Positions 13,530-26,465 of a stretch of 64,000 bases of DNA are shown piece after piece; within the stretch, counting starts at the first letter, position 1, and each line of letters begins with the position of its first letter. The notes beneath the pieces were generated by a model. That model was not told where the DNA came from, made no database searches, and was given only the letters and a program-made list of their open reading frames with translations. This stretch comes from Azolla caroliniana (taxonomy: Eukaryota > Plantae > Polypodiophyta). The position numbers were made by a program, and so were the translations under genes. The stretch spans positions 10,230,001 through 10,294,000 of the forward strand of contig JBHGNT010000011.1 of NCBI GenBank assembly GCA_043228905.1, read 5' to 3'.

Positions 13530-13974
13530 TGTAGTGTCAATAAGAAAAAAAAAAGGATAAAATAAATGGGTTCGAGACTTAGCCGAGTTTGTGTGTATGT
13601 CGTAGTCACATCGGCATTTTGCACGCGACAAGCACGCTAAAAGAACAAGGATGCGCCACCAAGAAAAGAAACACGACACTCGACAACCTCAAGAACAAGA
13701 AGGAGAAGAACATGGCAATGGCAATGGCGACTACGACGGACGATGACGAACGACAGCAGGTCGTCCAACACGCAGACGGTGATCGACGGCAGCAGACGGC
13801 GACGGACGTCAGCAGACGGCATTAGACGGCGACGAACGTCAGATGCGGCAGCGCGGCAACAACAAATGCCCTAATTATCCACTGTTCGCCTGTATTGCTG
13901 TGTTTCTCAAAGGCTTCAGAAACTCAAGGTTCCATTTACATACATGTTATGCCTCTAGGGTTATGCTCGACATG

Positions 13975-13984
13975 TTTAGGGTTT

Positions 13985-14030
<46 letters not shown>
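13975..14030. repeat. Two TTTAGGG units (telo-box-like) followed by (GA)n
   Basis: TTTAGGGTTTAGGG at 13975-13988, then about 20 GA units. Confidence 0.75.
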
Positions 14031-14031
<1 letters not shown>

Positions 14032-14210
14032 CTCTCTCTCTGTCTGCCCCTTCCCCTCCCCCTCCTGTCAGTGATGCTGCTGCTGCAGACGATTGCAAGA
14101 ACAACGATGGTGGCGAAGAAGAGAATGCCCAGCTTCCTACGTCCAAGAAGAAGGCTAAGGCTGTTGCATCTGAAACCAAATCCTCCAGGCGCGATGTCAA
14201 AGTCCCCAAG
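14030..14210 (+). other. Possible host coding exon fragment
   Basis: Open frame LSAPSPPPPVSDAAAADDCKNNDGGEEENAQLPTSKKKAKAVASETKSSRRDVKVPK ending at AAG|GTATTT, followed by pyrimidine-rich intron-like sequence. No start codon or homology recognised. Confidence 0.3.
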
Positions 14211-17083
14211 GTATTTATTCATCCTCTCTCCTCTCCTCACAGAAGAGCTTTCTGCTTCTCTTCTCTGTGAGTTCTACATGTTTCCCAGATTGTTTCTTCT
14301 TTTAAGATCAGACGCGGATCTGTTTTGCTTTCGTATTGTCAGGATCTTTCTAGCCGTCTCGGATTTTTCTAATTCAAAAATATCTAGTTTTCTTCTGAAG
14401 ATCAAAAGAAGAGGCCAGGAACTCCCTTTGCTTGAAGGAAAATGCTTGAAAATCGTCACATGTAGTCTGTGTAATGTCGTTCTCGACACTCAGCTTCCTC
14501 TTCAAATCATCATGAATCAAAATCTTTTTCTTCTTCTTCTTCTTCTTCTCGTTCTTCTTAATATCAAGAAGGGATCAAGTTTCGTTGATGAAGTGACATG
14601 TGTTATCTACGTCAGTTTCATTGATATTACGTCTGTAACGAGGACCCCAGGTCTGGATTTCTTCTGGAAATAGGTTTCGTTTTAGAACTCGTCATTTGGG
14701 TTCTTCTTAAGATCCAGAAGATTTCAGGATCTTTGCAGAAGCAAGCAGGGATTTGTTTTTATTCTTCTTCATTTTCAGTGGACTGGGACTCACGTTCTTG
14801 TGACATTCATCTTTTGTTTCAAACCTGATTTAAATCATAGACTTCGCATAAGTGGTGGGGGTTGTGGTGTGGTGCAGCACATGGGGATTAGCTTTAACTC
14901 ACGAATACAAGGGCTGCTTTATTTAAGCCTCGATAGTCCACGACCAAACAAAGGGAGCCGTCCTTTTCCTTCACAAAAAAGATAGGAGCTCTAGTTGGAG
15001 ACTTTGAATGTCGAATAAACCCATGTGCAATATTTTCCTTGATGTATTCTTGAAGAACCTCAAAATCAGTGAGTGCTAAATGGTAAATCGAACCCCACGG
15101 TGGCCCTTTTCCTGGTTGGAGATCAATAAGACAGTCGTATGGCCGATGCTTTGGAAGAACACTAGCTTTGACTTTTTCGAAAACATCAACATAGTCTTGA
15201 TATTTTTTGGGAATTTGGATGTTTGAATTCCCTTGAGTGGCACTAGAGGGTGTCACTGATATTGCAAATAAGAAAAGGTCCTCCTTGCCTCCCACTTGGC
15301 ACAATTGTTGCAATGTGATGGTTGAAATTTGATGAAAAGCTGATGGTGCATTGGTAGAACTATATTCTTCAAGAGAATAATCCTAAGTTCGATCCTTGGC
15401 AAGGATATTTTCTGCTGAAGGGCACCAAATTTCTCGCTTCCTCCAATCAATTCTAGGGTTATGTAGCTCGAACCATGCGAAACCGAGGATAATTGGATGC
15501 TCAGGACTATGGATTATGTTAAAGGAGACTACGCATCCTAAATCACTTAAGAGTATGTGTATTGGCTCAAACTCTTCGAACGTCTTCCCAGAAGCTATGG
15601 GACGTCCATCAATAACCACTACGGAAACTAGACAAGGACGTGTATGCAAGGATATTTGGTGTTTTTGGGCAAAATCTCTATCCATGAAACAAGAATTGGC
15701 TCCAGTATCTAAGAGGGCTTGGACTTGAAGTTGACAACTCGGTCTCCTAACTTGTACTTGGGCTGAGAAGACTCTACTTACATGCTTGGAAGAAATGGAA
15801 CCCACACTAGGTTGTATATATCTAGGGTTGTCCAACCAAATGGCTCCAATTTTGGCCGGACTTATTCGTTTGAGTCCTCTTCTAATTGTCTTAGGACTTC
15901 AAACTTATTGGACAAGGGTGGATTATTCATAATATTAGATTCACTAACTGCTTCTAAAATGTTAGACTCATTTTTATTGTCATAGTGAATTTGATTTACC
16001 TGGCGTCTTGGCATACGGGAGCAATGAATGGCTATATGTACTGGACCTCCGCAATATAAGCACAGAAGTTTTGCTCGGTGTCGTTGCTTCTCTTCGTGCG
16101 ACAATGGTCCTCGTCATTGAGTCATATCGATCTCCATGGGTGTAGGACTATCCATTGGGACTGAACTACGTGTTTGCCTTGGAGTTGGAGCAGGGCTATA
16201 TGTTTGCCTTGGGGATGATTGTGCCGTTACTAATGCATAAGTTGGTGTTAATCTTGATCTTGATATTTTTTGTTGTCGCTCACATCAACGCTCAAAAAGG
16301 CGATTATCACACCGTATTGCTCGACTAATAGCTTCCAAAGCGACCTTGGATCCTTGGGGAAGGTAAGAAGTAAGTCTTTCACATCACTACGAAGGTCTGA
16401 ATGGAATTGCTCCATTAGGGCTTGTTCATCCCAAGGAATATCGCTTGCGATGAAACGAAAATTGGTTGCATATGTTGAAGCTGGCTGATCACCTTGCCGT
16501 AGTGTACGAATCTTGTTGATAGTTGTTCTCGCCCCATCAGTATCTCCGAAACAAGCCTTAAATTCTTTGATAAATTCCTCAAAATTATTTAGTAGAGGAG
16601 AATTTGTCTCTAGCAATGGAGCAAACCATGACAATGCTATGCCAGTCAATAAGGTGCCCACTAACCCGACTCGTGATGCATCTATCGGATAACGGGTGGG
16701 ATGCATTTGAATCACCAACCGTACTTGATTCAAGAAACCTTGGAAATGCGCCCTCAAACCATCAAATTTAGCTGGGAGGCTGATTTTGGGCTCCTTGATA
16801 AGTCCTTGACCTTTGACCCTTTGTTGTTGTAACACTACGATTGTCGACTCTAACTGTTGAACCCGCCGCGTGAACTCCTCTTGTTGTTGGTGCTTCTCTA
16901 TAGTAACCTTTTGTAGATCCCCAAGTAGACATTGATTCTCAACTTCAAGAGATGCGAACTTGGATTTAAGATTCTCCTTTCTGCAACAAGGGTGAGATAT
17001 TCTTCTGAGTTAATGGCAACCATGGTTTCGTGATGGTTATAGACGAGGATGAGAGAGAGAGAGAGAGAGAATTCGAATTGAAC

Positions 17084-17512
17084 TGTCAAAACCAAGAATA
17101 AAAGATAGAGTGATGGAAGAAGGATATAAGAGAACACGAGAAGAAAGGAACAAAATGCTAAGAGAAGAATGGGTGTATTAAGATAGAGAAAGAAAGAGAA
17201 TGGATACAAGATATGTAATGAGAGCTAAAGGCTAGTGTTGATTCGAATTGATTTGAGAATACATGTATGCCCTTATTTATAGGTTCTTATAGAATAGCTT
17301 AGAGATTTCTATAATGCTCTAGAATGTTCTAGGACATTCTAGAACATTCTAGAATGATCTAGAGTTTTTACAATAATCAATGTAATACAAAAAGTAGCTT
17401 TTATCCTCTCATATGACAATAAGCTATCTTAATGGTTGAGGTTTTCAATTATGAATTACAAGGTTTGAGGTTCAAGTCTGGGTGACGCCATAATGGTCAT
17501 GTGTTCATGACA
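17084..17512 (-). repeat. 5' LTR of element W
   Basis: TGTCA/TGACA termini, TATAAATA on the minus strand near 17275-17282, and adjacent to the gag leader. Confidence 0.8.
17418..17490 (+). promoter_or_regulatory. tRNA-like A-box/B-box module in W LTR (antisense to element)
   Basis: TATCTTAATGG...35 nt...TTCAAGTC with AGGTT at the variable-loop position. Confidence 0.6.
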
Positions 17513-17515
17513 AAA

Positions 17516-17789
17516 CATTGATGAAATGGATGCAGGAAAATGAACAAAGAAAGAGGAGTTTATGCTTACGAATCATATATATTCCTTTTCCAAAATCGTT
17601 CATGCTTACAACAAATCATGTATTCATACATTCCTTTTCCAAAACTACGATTTATTAAACAAGACAACCATCATTTAAGATATTCCATTGATGAAAATGG
17701 ATGAAAGAAAATGAACAAAGAAAGAAGAGTTCATGCTTACGAATCATATATTCCTTTTCCAAAACCATGATATATTGAACAAGAAAACC
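17516..17789. repeat. Imperfect tandem duplication (~170-bp period)
   Basis: CATTGATGAAA(A)TGGATG...ATGCTTACGAATCATATA...TTCCTTTTCCAAAA occurs at about 17516 and 17686. Confidence 0.8.
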
Positions 17790-18082
17790 TGTCACGGATG
17801 AACAATTGGAAGATAAAGAGATGGGGAAGTTGATGACAATGAGTAAGAATATCTATTCCATTACTAGTGTTGATTTCCTTGATGTTAACAAGGGAGATCA
17901 ACCCTTTTTATACATGTAGTGAAGCATGATAAGCATGCTCATGCCAAGTTTTACATATTAAGTCTTACATACTCAGTCTTATATACCACTCTTTATACAA
18001 TGGTTTAAAATCTAAAGTTTGTCTAGGAGAAATATATATATACAAGAACCTAAGGCTAAAATTCGAGTCCATGTTCATGACA
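17790..18082 (-). repeat. 3' LTR of Z
   Basis: TGTCA...TGACA bounded, and preceded on the minus strand by the purine tract AAGGGGAGGATAA. Confidence 0.75.
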
Positions 18083-18764
18083 TTATCCTCCCCTTAAGCG
18101 CCGACTTCAAGAAAGTGCGGGTTTCTGAGGATATTGGAGATGAAAATTATGAACCACTTCGGGGCATTGAGTTAATTTCTAGCTGGCTCCCATGTGGCCT
18201 CAGAGATGGGATATCCTTTCCACAAGACTAGATATTGGAGCTTCCGTCAGCTCTTGCACGAGTCTAGAATGGTCTCGACTTCATACTCATCCCGAGTCGC
18301 CAAAGCCACATGGGGGTGTGGCTCGATGCTTCTTCTTGGAATTGAGGATGGATGATAGAACTCAAGAAGTGATGCATGGAAGACATTGTGAATTCGGTAG
18401 TGTGATGGAAGAGCAAGACGGAAAACCACAGGGTTGACTTTGTCAATGATGCAGAACGGACCCAACTTTTCTAATCAAGTTTGTTGCATGGGCGAGTTGT
18501 AGGAATATGCCGACGTAATAGCCAGACCATGTCACCAACTTTAAAACCAGGTGCAACCCGCCAATGTTGATCGGCCTTCTCTTTGTGTCGTTCTTGAGCA
18601 ATGGAGAGTTCTAGGGATAGGTCATGATGCACTTCTTTCATCAGACGAGCTCGTTCTTTGGGAGATGGATTCATAGAACCAACAGGAATAGCTATGTTAA
18701 AGCATGGGTGGAGCCCATAATTTGGGGAGAAGGGTGTTACACTAGTTGATGTGTGCAGAGTATT

Positions 18765-19185
18765 TGTCATGGACATGACATGGACATGACAATAGTCATG
18801 TCATGATTCGAACTCTTGACCTATTGTATTTAATCGATATGTCTTAACCAATACATCCAATACATAATCATGTTACCTTACTAGATTATTGTAGATTATC
18901 TATTCTACATGTAGGAGTTTAGAAGCTTCCAGAAAGCTCCAAAAGCTAGAACATTCTAGAAGCTTGTGCATGAAAACGAGTCTTTGCATGGGGCTACATT
19001 TAGAGCCCATAAACATGAATAAATACAAGGGTTCACCTTGGCCTTAGTCAAGGTGAACAACACCAGTTACAGAATCATAATTCAGTTCTTGTTCTCTTGA
19101 CTACTTTCTCTCTCTTTCTTATTATCTTGTCTATGATCTCTCTCTCACTCTCTTAGTATTGAGCCTCGTCTACTTGTCCGTGACA
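18765..19185 (+). repeat. 5' LTR of X
   Basis: TGTCA...TGACA, and homologous to 54410-54465 + 59221-59590. Confidence 0.9.
18793..18868 (-). promoter_or_regulatory. tRNA-like A-box/B-box module in X LTR (antisense to element)
   Basis: Minus strand TGGATGTATTGG-TTAAGACAT...AGGTC-AAGAG-TTCGAATC, with 35 nt between GG and TTC. Confidence 0.65.
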
Positions 19186-19216
19186 GTTTGTTCACTTTCC
19201 ATCTCCAAAGCCTCAT

Positions 19217-22200
19217 CATGTAAGATTCTACCGAGAACATAAATCGACTATTGGCAGTCATTCATCAACTTCAACTTGAAAATGAGAATCTTCGGGAATG
19301 CCTCCAGAAACTCCAAGCTAGGACTCCAATGGAATTGGAGAATGAAGAACACAAGTGCCCTCCTACATCAAAGAATCTCCAATCTGTAGAGCTTGGTCCC
19401 TCATCAATCCTCACTCCAATTCCTCTTCACCCCACTACAATTATAGAACCCAATGTTAGTTTACCGGACAAGTTCAATGGCACAAGGGCGCGATTCCGAG
19501 GGTTCATAAATTAGATCAAGCTTATTATCTGGCTACAACCCCAAAGATATGCGAATGATTTTTGCCTCGTTGGCCTCGTTGGGACTCCTCTCGGGAGCTA
19601 CACAAAGCTGGTTCACAACTTTGGTCGAAACATCATCGCCACTTTTGGACCATTTTTCTTCTTTCCTAGAAGAGTTCGAGGCAACATTTGGGGATACGGA
19701 TTGGCGTCGAACAAGCCTTACCAAACTCTATTCATTATATCAAGGTAAGCGTCCAATGTCTGTTTATGCATTCGAATTTAGACAATTGACATGTGATGTT
19801 CAGTGGGACGACCAAGACCTTTGCGACCATTTTCATCGGGGCCTTCGAAGTGATGTTAAGAATCTACTACTAAACTTCCTGGAGCCGACTTCATTATCGC
19901 AAGCCATCAAGCAAGTAGTCAGTTGTGACAACCGCCTTTTTGAACTTCGACAAGAGGAACGAGTGACTTCCAAGTTGTCACCCTTTCTCCACATTAAACC
20001 TATGGTACAACCCCAAGTGACTGCGAGATCTTCTCCAATGACATCGTTCAATGATCCTATGCCGATGGAAATTGATCGAGCTCGAGCCCCAGTCACCACA
20101 ACCAAACGACACCATTGATGAACCAATGGGCTATGTCTATACTGCAACGCCTCTACCCATCTAATTCGTTTTTGCCCACTCAAAATCAATCTGCGACAAG
20201 TCTATCAGGACAATCCAACTAGTGGGTCCCAACATTCGGAAAACAACGATGTTCGACTACATTAGGAGCCATGCGGTTGGACAACAGACATACATGCTAC
20301 TCCCAAAGTTCTACTAACAACTTTTTCTTCGAGGTAACTATATGTTTCCAGTCTATTTCAATTCAATCCTTAGCGCTACTCGATTCCGGGGCCACAATGT
20401 GTTTTATGGATGAAACGTTCATTCGTAAACACAACTTTCTTGTTGTCTTGTTGTCCAAGCCTATCCCAGTCGAAGCTATCGATGGGCGAATGCTCTCCTT
20501 TGGCGCAGTCACCAAAGCCACGGTTCCCCTCATTTTGCAGCTTGGGACCCAACAGGAGGCCTTATCATTTTACCTCATCACTTCCACGCGACATCCAATC
20601 ATACTTGGGTTGTCTTGGTTGAAAGTGAATAATCTTGTTATAGATTGACACAATCACTCACTTGCTTTTCAACTGCAAACTCACATGGAGGTTGGAGTGG
20701 CTTCCAATGTCGTTGTGTCAGAATGGCCCGAATCATTTTCTGTCGAGCACTCCTCCATTCAACTCAGAACAATGCACTCAGATGCTCATGCCCCAGTCAC
20801 AATGCACTCCATCTCAATGGGCAATGACTCAGAGTTGAGTACCCCAGCTTTGGTTCCTATGAAAGCCAATCTAGACTCGCTTCCATCCAAATATGGTGAC
20901 TTTGCTTATGTGTTCGAGAAGAAGAATGCAGATGACTTATCAGAGCATTGACCATATGATTGTCCGATCGATCTACATGAGGGCACATCTCCACCCTTTG
21001 GGTCCATCTATGGTCTCTCTGAACCAGAACTAGAGGCTCTTCGCACATATTTCGATGAAAATTTGGAGAACCAACCATGTAAGTCACCAGTTGGGGTCCC
21101 CATCTTGTTTGTGAAGAAAAAGGATGGATCGTTGCGTCTATGTGTGGATTATTGTGGCCTCAATAAAATCACGATACGTAATCGATACCCTTTACCTCTC
21201 ATCCCAGAGCTCCTCGATCGCCTCGTTGTGCATAGGTCTTCTCCAAGATTGACTTGTGGGGAGCATACAACTTGGTTCAGATTAAACCTAGTGATGAATG
21301 GAAGACGACATTTCGTACGCGATACAGACACTTCGAGTACAAGGTAATGCCTTTTGGACTCACCAATGCTCCAACTGTTTTTCAACATATGATGAACGAC
21401 ATATTTCGAGAATATCTCGATCACTTTTTCGTTATCTACCTTGATGACATTCTTGTCTTCTCGTCGAGCATTGAAGAGCATACTCACCACGTTTAATTGA
21501 TTCTCTCGAAACTCAGGGAGCATGGCCTCTATGCCAAGAGAAAAAAATGTCAATTTGATTGCAATTCCATAGAATTTCTTGCTTATGTTATCTCCCCCCA
21601 GTGCATCACCATGGATCCAAGGAAAATCAAGACAAATCAAGAATGGGTCACTCCAAAATGAGTAAAGGATGTCCAGTTGTTCCTTGGTTTCGCAAATTTC
21701 TATTGGCGATTCATCAAGGGTTTCTCCGTCATAGTCCAACCCCTTGATTGAGCTTACTCGTAAAGGGATGGAGTTCATTGTCAACACGCCTTCGACCTAC
21801 TGAAGGAAGTTTTTACCCGGGTTCCAGTCCAGCTTCACGTCGACCCTACTAAGCCTTTTCAAGTTGAAACAGATGCTTTTGACTTTGCCATTGGTGCCAT
21901 CTTATCCCAACTCGATGATGATGGCATCCTACATCCGGTGGCGTACTATTCTCGAAAATTCACATCTCCAGAAATCAACTATCGCATCTACGACAAGGAG
22001 CTCGTGGCTATAGTGGCGGCTTTCACGGAGTGGAGACCTTACTTGGCTAGGGCGCAACATCGGGTTCAGGTATTAACAAATCATAAAAAGTTATTGTATT
22101 TCTCAACAACTCGTACTTTGAATCGGCAGCAGGCTCGTTGGTCAACTTTCTTAGCCGACTATGACTTTGAAATTGTCTTTTGGTCGGGGGCACAAAACAT

Positions 22201-23057
22201 GAAGGTTGATGGTCTTTCACGATGGTCAGATTTTGAGTTGAGCCCAAGGGATGATGCCTATGCTCAACAATCTCAATGTTTTCTTAAACCAGATCAATTC
22301 CAACTCTTCGCCACATGCATGCTCCATGACGACTCTTTGCTTGAGGAGATAGCCAAAGCACTTCCCACTGACAAATTCGCCAACGCAATTCAGGAAGGTC
22401 TTATTAATCCGTCTAAATCCATGAACAAGGAAGACCGTTACCGCTTCAAATTCAAGGGGGGATTTCTTTACCGAGACCAACTCTTATATGTTCCGGAGGG
22501 CCGATGTCGAACTCAAGTTCTCCAAAAGTGTCATGATGACCCCTTGACTGGTCATTTTGGCGTTACAAAGACACTCGAATGAATCTCACGAGGATATTGG
22601 TGGCCTCAACCATGGAAGTTCATCAAGGAATTCATCAAGACATGTGATACTTGTGCTAGATCCAAAGTCGTCCACCATAGGCCATATGGGTTGCTCCAAC
22701 CACTTCCCATTCCCAACCAGCGTTGGGCATCAATTTCCATGGATTTCATCATTGACTTGCCTCTTGTCCACGGATATGACACAGTGCTTGTCATGGTAGA
22801 TCGGTTTACAAAGATGGCTCATTTTGCCCCTTGTGCAAAGACTATTTCAGCAGAAGCAACAACCGATCTATTTTTAAAGAATGTGGTGCGGCTTCATGGG
22901 GTCCCAGATGATGTCACCTCAGATCGCGGACCCCACTTTGTCTCTCATTTTTGGCGGCGGCTCCTTCAAACATTGGGCACAATAGTGAATTTATCTTCGT
23001 CCTATCATCCTCAACAAATGGCCAAACAGAGCGGGTGAACCAAATTCTTGAGCAATA
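19217..23057 (+). pseudogene. pol: gag-pol of X (gag, protease, RT, RNaseH, integrase N/core), degenerate
   Basis: [71 protein letters not shown]. Confidence 0.88.
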
Positions 23058-23479
23058 CTTTCTCTCAGGAACAATACTAAGACAGAGAAGTATTGTCAAG
23101 AACAGTACTAAGACAGAGAAGGAATTAGTACTAAAAGATGAGGATTAGTACTAAGGGAGGTGTAGAACTCTCGAGTGAGTGAGAGAGAATGATGATAACA
23201 AAAGATATATATTATGTTAAGAGAATATGGGTGAAAGCATGCGAGTGGAAACAATTAGCTATGCAAAAAGCTACCATTGATAAACTAGCTATGCAAAAAG
23301 CTACCATTGAAAATAGTAGAGAGTTTTAATTATATAAATGAGCACCATAAATGTGCAACATAAACGTGCAACATAAATTGATATGTGCACCATAAATTAT
23401 ATATTGAATTCCTAGGTCCATTATGCATGATCCTTTGCCACATCACGTGGGCCATCTTTGGTTGAGTATTCTGGCTTAG

Positions 23480-24000
23480 ATTACTACCACTGTTGCTAAA
23501 CCCTATTGAGTCCACTCCATTGCTGCCATTCTTCACTCAGTTATCGGCACTGTGTGGTCCAAGTATCATCTGCCACTGTTCGATCCGACAAAGTTCACTC
23601 CTCCATTGCCGCCATTCTGCACTCAGTTGCCGCCATTGTTTAGTCCAAGCATCATCTGCCAAGTTCACTTCTCCATTGCCGCCACTATACACTCAGTTGC
23701 CGCTACTGTGAAGGTCGTATATTGCTGCCACTTTTCGATCTGACGGAGTTAACTCCTTCTCCACTCCCACCATTCTACTCTTAGTTGTCGTCACTGTGTG
23801 TTCCAAGCATCATTTGCCATAGTTCGATCCGACGGAATTCACTCTTCCATTGCCATCATTCTACACTCAGTTGCCGCCATTGTTCGGTCCTGGATTGTCA
23901 AAAATTGTTCGATCAAACGGAGTTCACTCCTCCACTGCCACCATTCTACACTTAGTTGCTGCCACTATTCGGCCCTGGATTACCGCCATTGTTTGGTCTT
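23480..24000. repeat. Imperfect subterminal tandem repeats of the DNA transposon
   Basis: Recurring TTCGATCCGACGGAGTTCACTCCTCCATTGCCGCCATTCT(A/G)CACTCAGTTGCCGCCA units. Confidence 0.75.
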
Positions 24001-24939
24001 GGATTTGAATAACTATTCTGTCTATTGCTTATCTTGTGTATTGCAGAATATTTTTGTGTATTGTTGTTGCCGATAGCCATCTTTAATACGTGTCTTTTTT
24101 TCGGGAAAATTAGAGTTTAAACCCATCAAGCCAAATGGAAGGGGAAGGAGGGTGTTTAGAATTACCCCTCAATGATCATTAGGATAAGGATGACGCTATC
24201 AAGACACAACAAGAGATACGAAAGTATTGGGTAGAAAAGAAAACAAAACATCGCCAATTGTTGAAGGATACGAAAGCCACACTCACTAAAGGTAAAGATA
24301 GTATTGGTTGGGATATAGATCTAAATATCACTGAGAATGGAAGTAATGAGACTACTATTATAGAAAGAAAGGTTGTAGACTATTTCAATGTTCAAACCAA
24401 GCACATCAGCAATGAAGACAAGAAGGTAGTACTTTATGGAACATTAAATGATTCGTCAATAAAGGAGTTAGTTGATTGTGATGGTCTTAATGCAAACATA
24501 ACATCTACACTAGTAAATAATCTCCGTAATAGTTTCGTATCCATGAGTAGGTCAGAAGATGATCTTGTCTTAAAAAGGTCTAGTCTAATGATGTTACTTA
24601 ATAGTGATGTTGACGATATTAACATCAGTGTGCCATCTAAGGTAATTGGTGTTATTAGAAAATGTGTGTACAATACATTGAACCGGATAGTTTCCTCGGG
24701 TGAAGGAACTAGTCTGCTAAAGCTAACAACAAGATGTAAGCCAATGACACCCATAACATCAGAAATCAAGGATATAATCACAATATTTTGGACTAATGAG
24801 AGTAGGGTTTCACCCAATAAGAAGGATTTATGCAGGAAACGTGTTGGAAGGAGTCAATACGAGGAGCATCCCATTCATCTTCTTGATGTACCTCAGGTAT
24901 TTACATTTATCTCAACATTTGTTTTGACTTTTGAGCTTA

Positions 24940-26465
24940 GTTAGTTAGCTTATTAGCTACCTCTGAATATGACCATACCTGAATAGGTAATTACCTACCT
25001 CAGAATATGACCATAGCTAACTAGCTACCAGTAATAGCTAATTAGCTACCAAAATAGTTAATTAGCTCCCTAAGTATATCGAACATAGCTATTTAGCTAC
25101 CAGAATAACTAGTTAGCTATCATTCATAGCTATTTAGCTACCACAATAGCTAATTAGCTGGTTATGACTATAGCTAATTAGCTACCAGAATTGTTAATCC
25201 CCTAATGGAATAGCTACTGTACTAAACTATGGTAGTAGGTAATTAGCTATTGTACTAAACTATGGTAGTAGCTAATTACCTACTGTATTAAACTATGGTA
25301 GTAGCTAATTAGCTACTATATTAAACTATGGTAGTCGCTAATTAGCTACTCATCTAAAGTATAGTAGTAGCTAATTAGCTACCACTTAGCTAATTAGCTA
25401 CTCAACTAAAGTATGGTAGTAGCTAATTAGCTAAACACTTAGCTAGTTAGCTACTCAACTAAAGTATGGTAGTAGCTAATTAACTACCACTTAGCTAATT
25501 AACTACTCAACTAAAGTATGGAAGAAGCTAATTAGCTACCAGTTAGCTAATTAGCGACTCAGCTAAAGTATGGTCCTAGCTAATTAGCTATCACTTAGCT
25601 AATTAGCGACTTAGGTAAAGTATGGTAGTAGCTAATTAGCCACTATAACTAAAGTATGGTAGTAGCTAATTAGCTAAGTGGTAGCTAAATAGCTACTAAG
25701 CTAAAGTATGCTAGTACCTAATTAACAACTCAGCTAAAGTATGGTAGTAGCTAATTAGCTACTCAACTGAAGTATGGTAGTAGCTAATTAGCTACCAGTT
25801 AGCTAATTAGCGACTCATCTAAAGTATGGTAGTAGCTAATTAGCTACCACTTAACTATTTAATTATTGTACTAAACTATGGTAGTAGCTAATTAGCTACT
25901 CAGCTAAAGTATGCTAGTAGCTAATTAGCTACCACTTAGATAATTAGCTACCACTTAGATAATTAGCTACTCAACTAAAGTATGGTAGTAGCTAATTAGC
26001 TACCAGTTAGCTAATTAGCGACTCAACTAAAGTATGGTACTAACTAATTAGCCACTATAACTAAAGTATGGTAGTAGCTAATTAGCTACTTAACTAATTA
26101 GTTACTCTACTAAAGTATGGTAGTAGCTAATTAGCTACCACTTAGCGAATTAGCTACTGTACTAAATTATGGTAGTAGCTAATTAGCTATTCAGCTAAAG
26201 TATGGTAGTAGCTAATAAGCTAAGTGGTAGGTAATTAGCTACTGTACTAAACTATGGTAGTCGCTAATTAGCTACCACTTAGCTAATTAGCTACTGTACT
26301 AAACTATGGTAGTCGCTAATTAGCTACCACTTAGCTAATTAACTACTGTACTACACTATGGTAGTAGCTAATTAGCTACCACTTAGCTAATTAGCTACTG
26401 TACTAAACTATGGTAGTAGCTAATTAGCTACCATTTAACTAATTAGCTATTGTATTAAACTATGG
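24940..26465. repeat. Palindromic minisatellite array (core GTAGCTAATTAGCTAC), continuing at 32225-32340
   Basis: Dozens of ~33-bp and ~50-bp units, e.g. TACTAAACTATGGTAGTAGCTAATTAGCTACTG. Confidence 0.92.

Larger units (their letters stand above)
8811..13870 (-). mobile_element. LINE copy B, apparently full length (ORF1 + ORF2), RTE/RTEX-like
   Basis: (TTTC)n tail merging into (GA)n at 8791-8820, ORF2 with APE-RT-CCHC tail, ORF1, and a GAC/GGC-rich 5' UTR also seen in copy A. The 5' limit is uncertain (13870-13986). Confidence 0.9.
14915..17512 (-). mobile_element. Chromovirus-type Gypsy W, 3'-truncated (5' LTR, gag, protease, start of RT)
   Basis: LTR 17084-17512 (TG..CA). gag 16248-16835 (PAKFDG, LRQG) with zinc knuckle CLYCGGPVHIAIHC. 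Protease LLDTGANSCF. RT start FIRHSKSP...LVVDYRGLNK, then sequence breaks off. Confidence 0.88.

Noticed and set aside
13975-13988. Interstitial telomere
   Set aside because: Only two TTTAGGG units are present.
14071-14673. 200-aa ORF as a gene
   Set aside because: It is Leu/Phe-rich low-complexity translation running through intron-like pyrimidine tracts, with no recognisable motif.
17993-18070. A fifth tRNA-like module in the Z LTR (CAATGG ... AATTCGAGTCC near the LTR edge)
   Set aside because: The position and orientation are suggestive, but spacing is about 58 nt and the B box lacks the G before TTC. It is too weak to count.
24940-26465. Palindromic repeat array as a CRISPR array
   Set aside because: There are no unique spacers or cas genes, the context is eukaryotic TE, and the units are tandem and degenerate.
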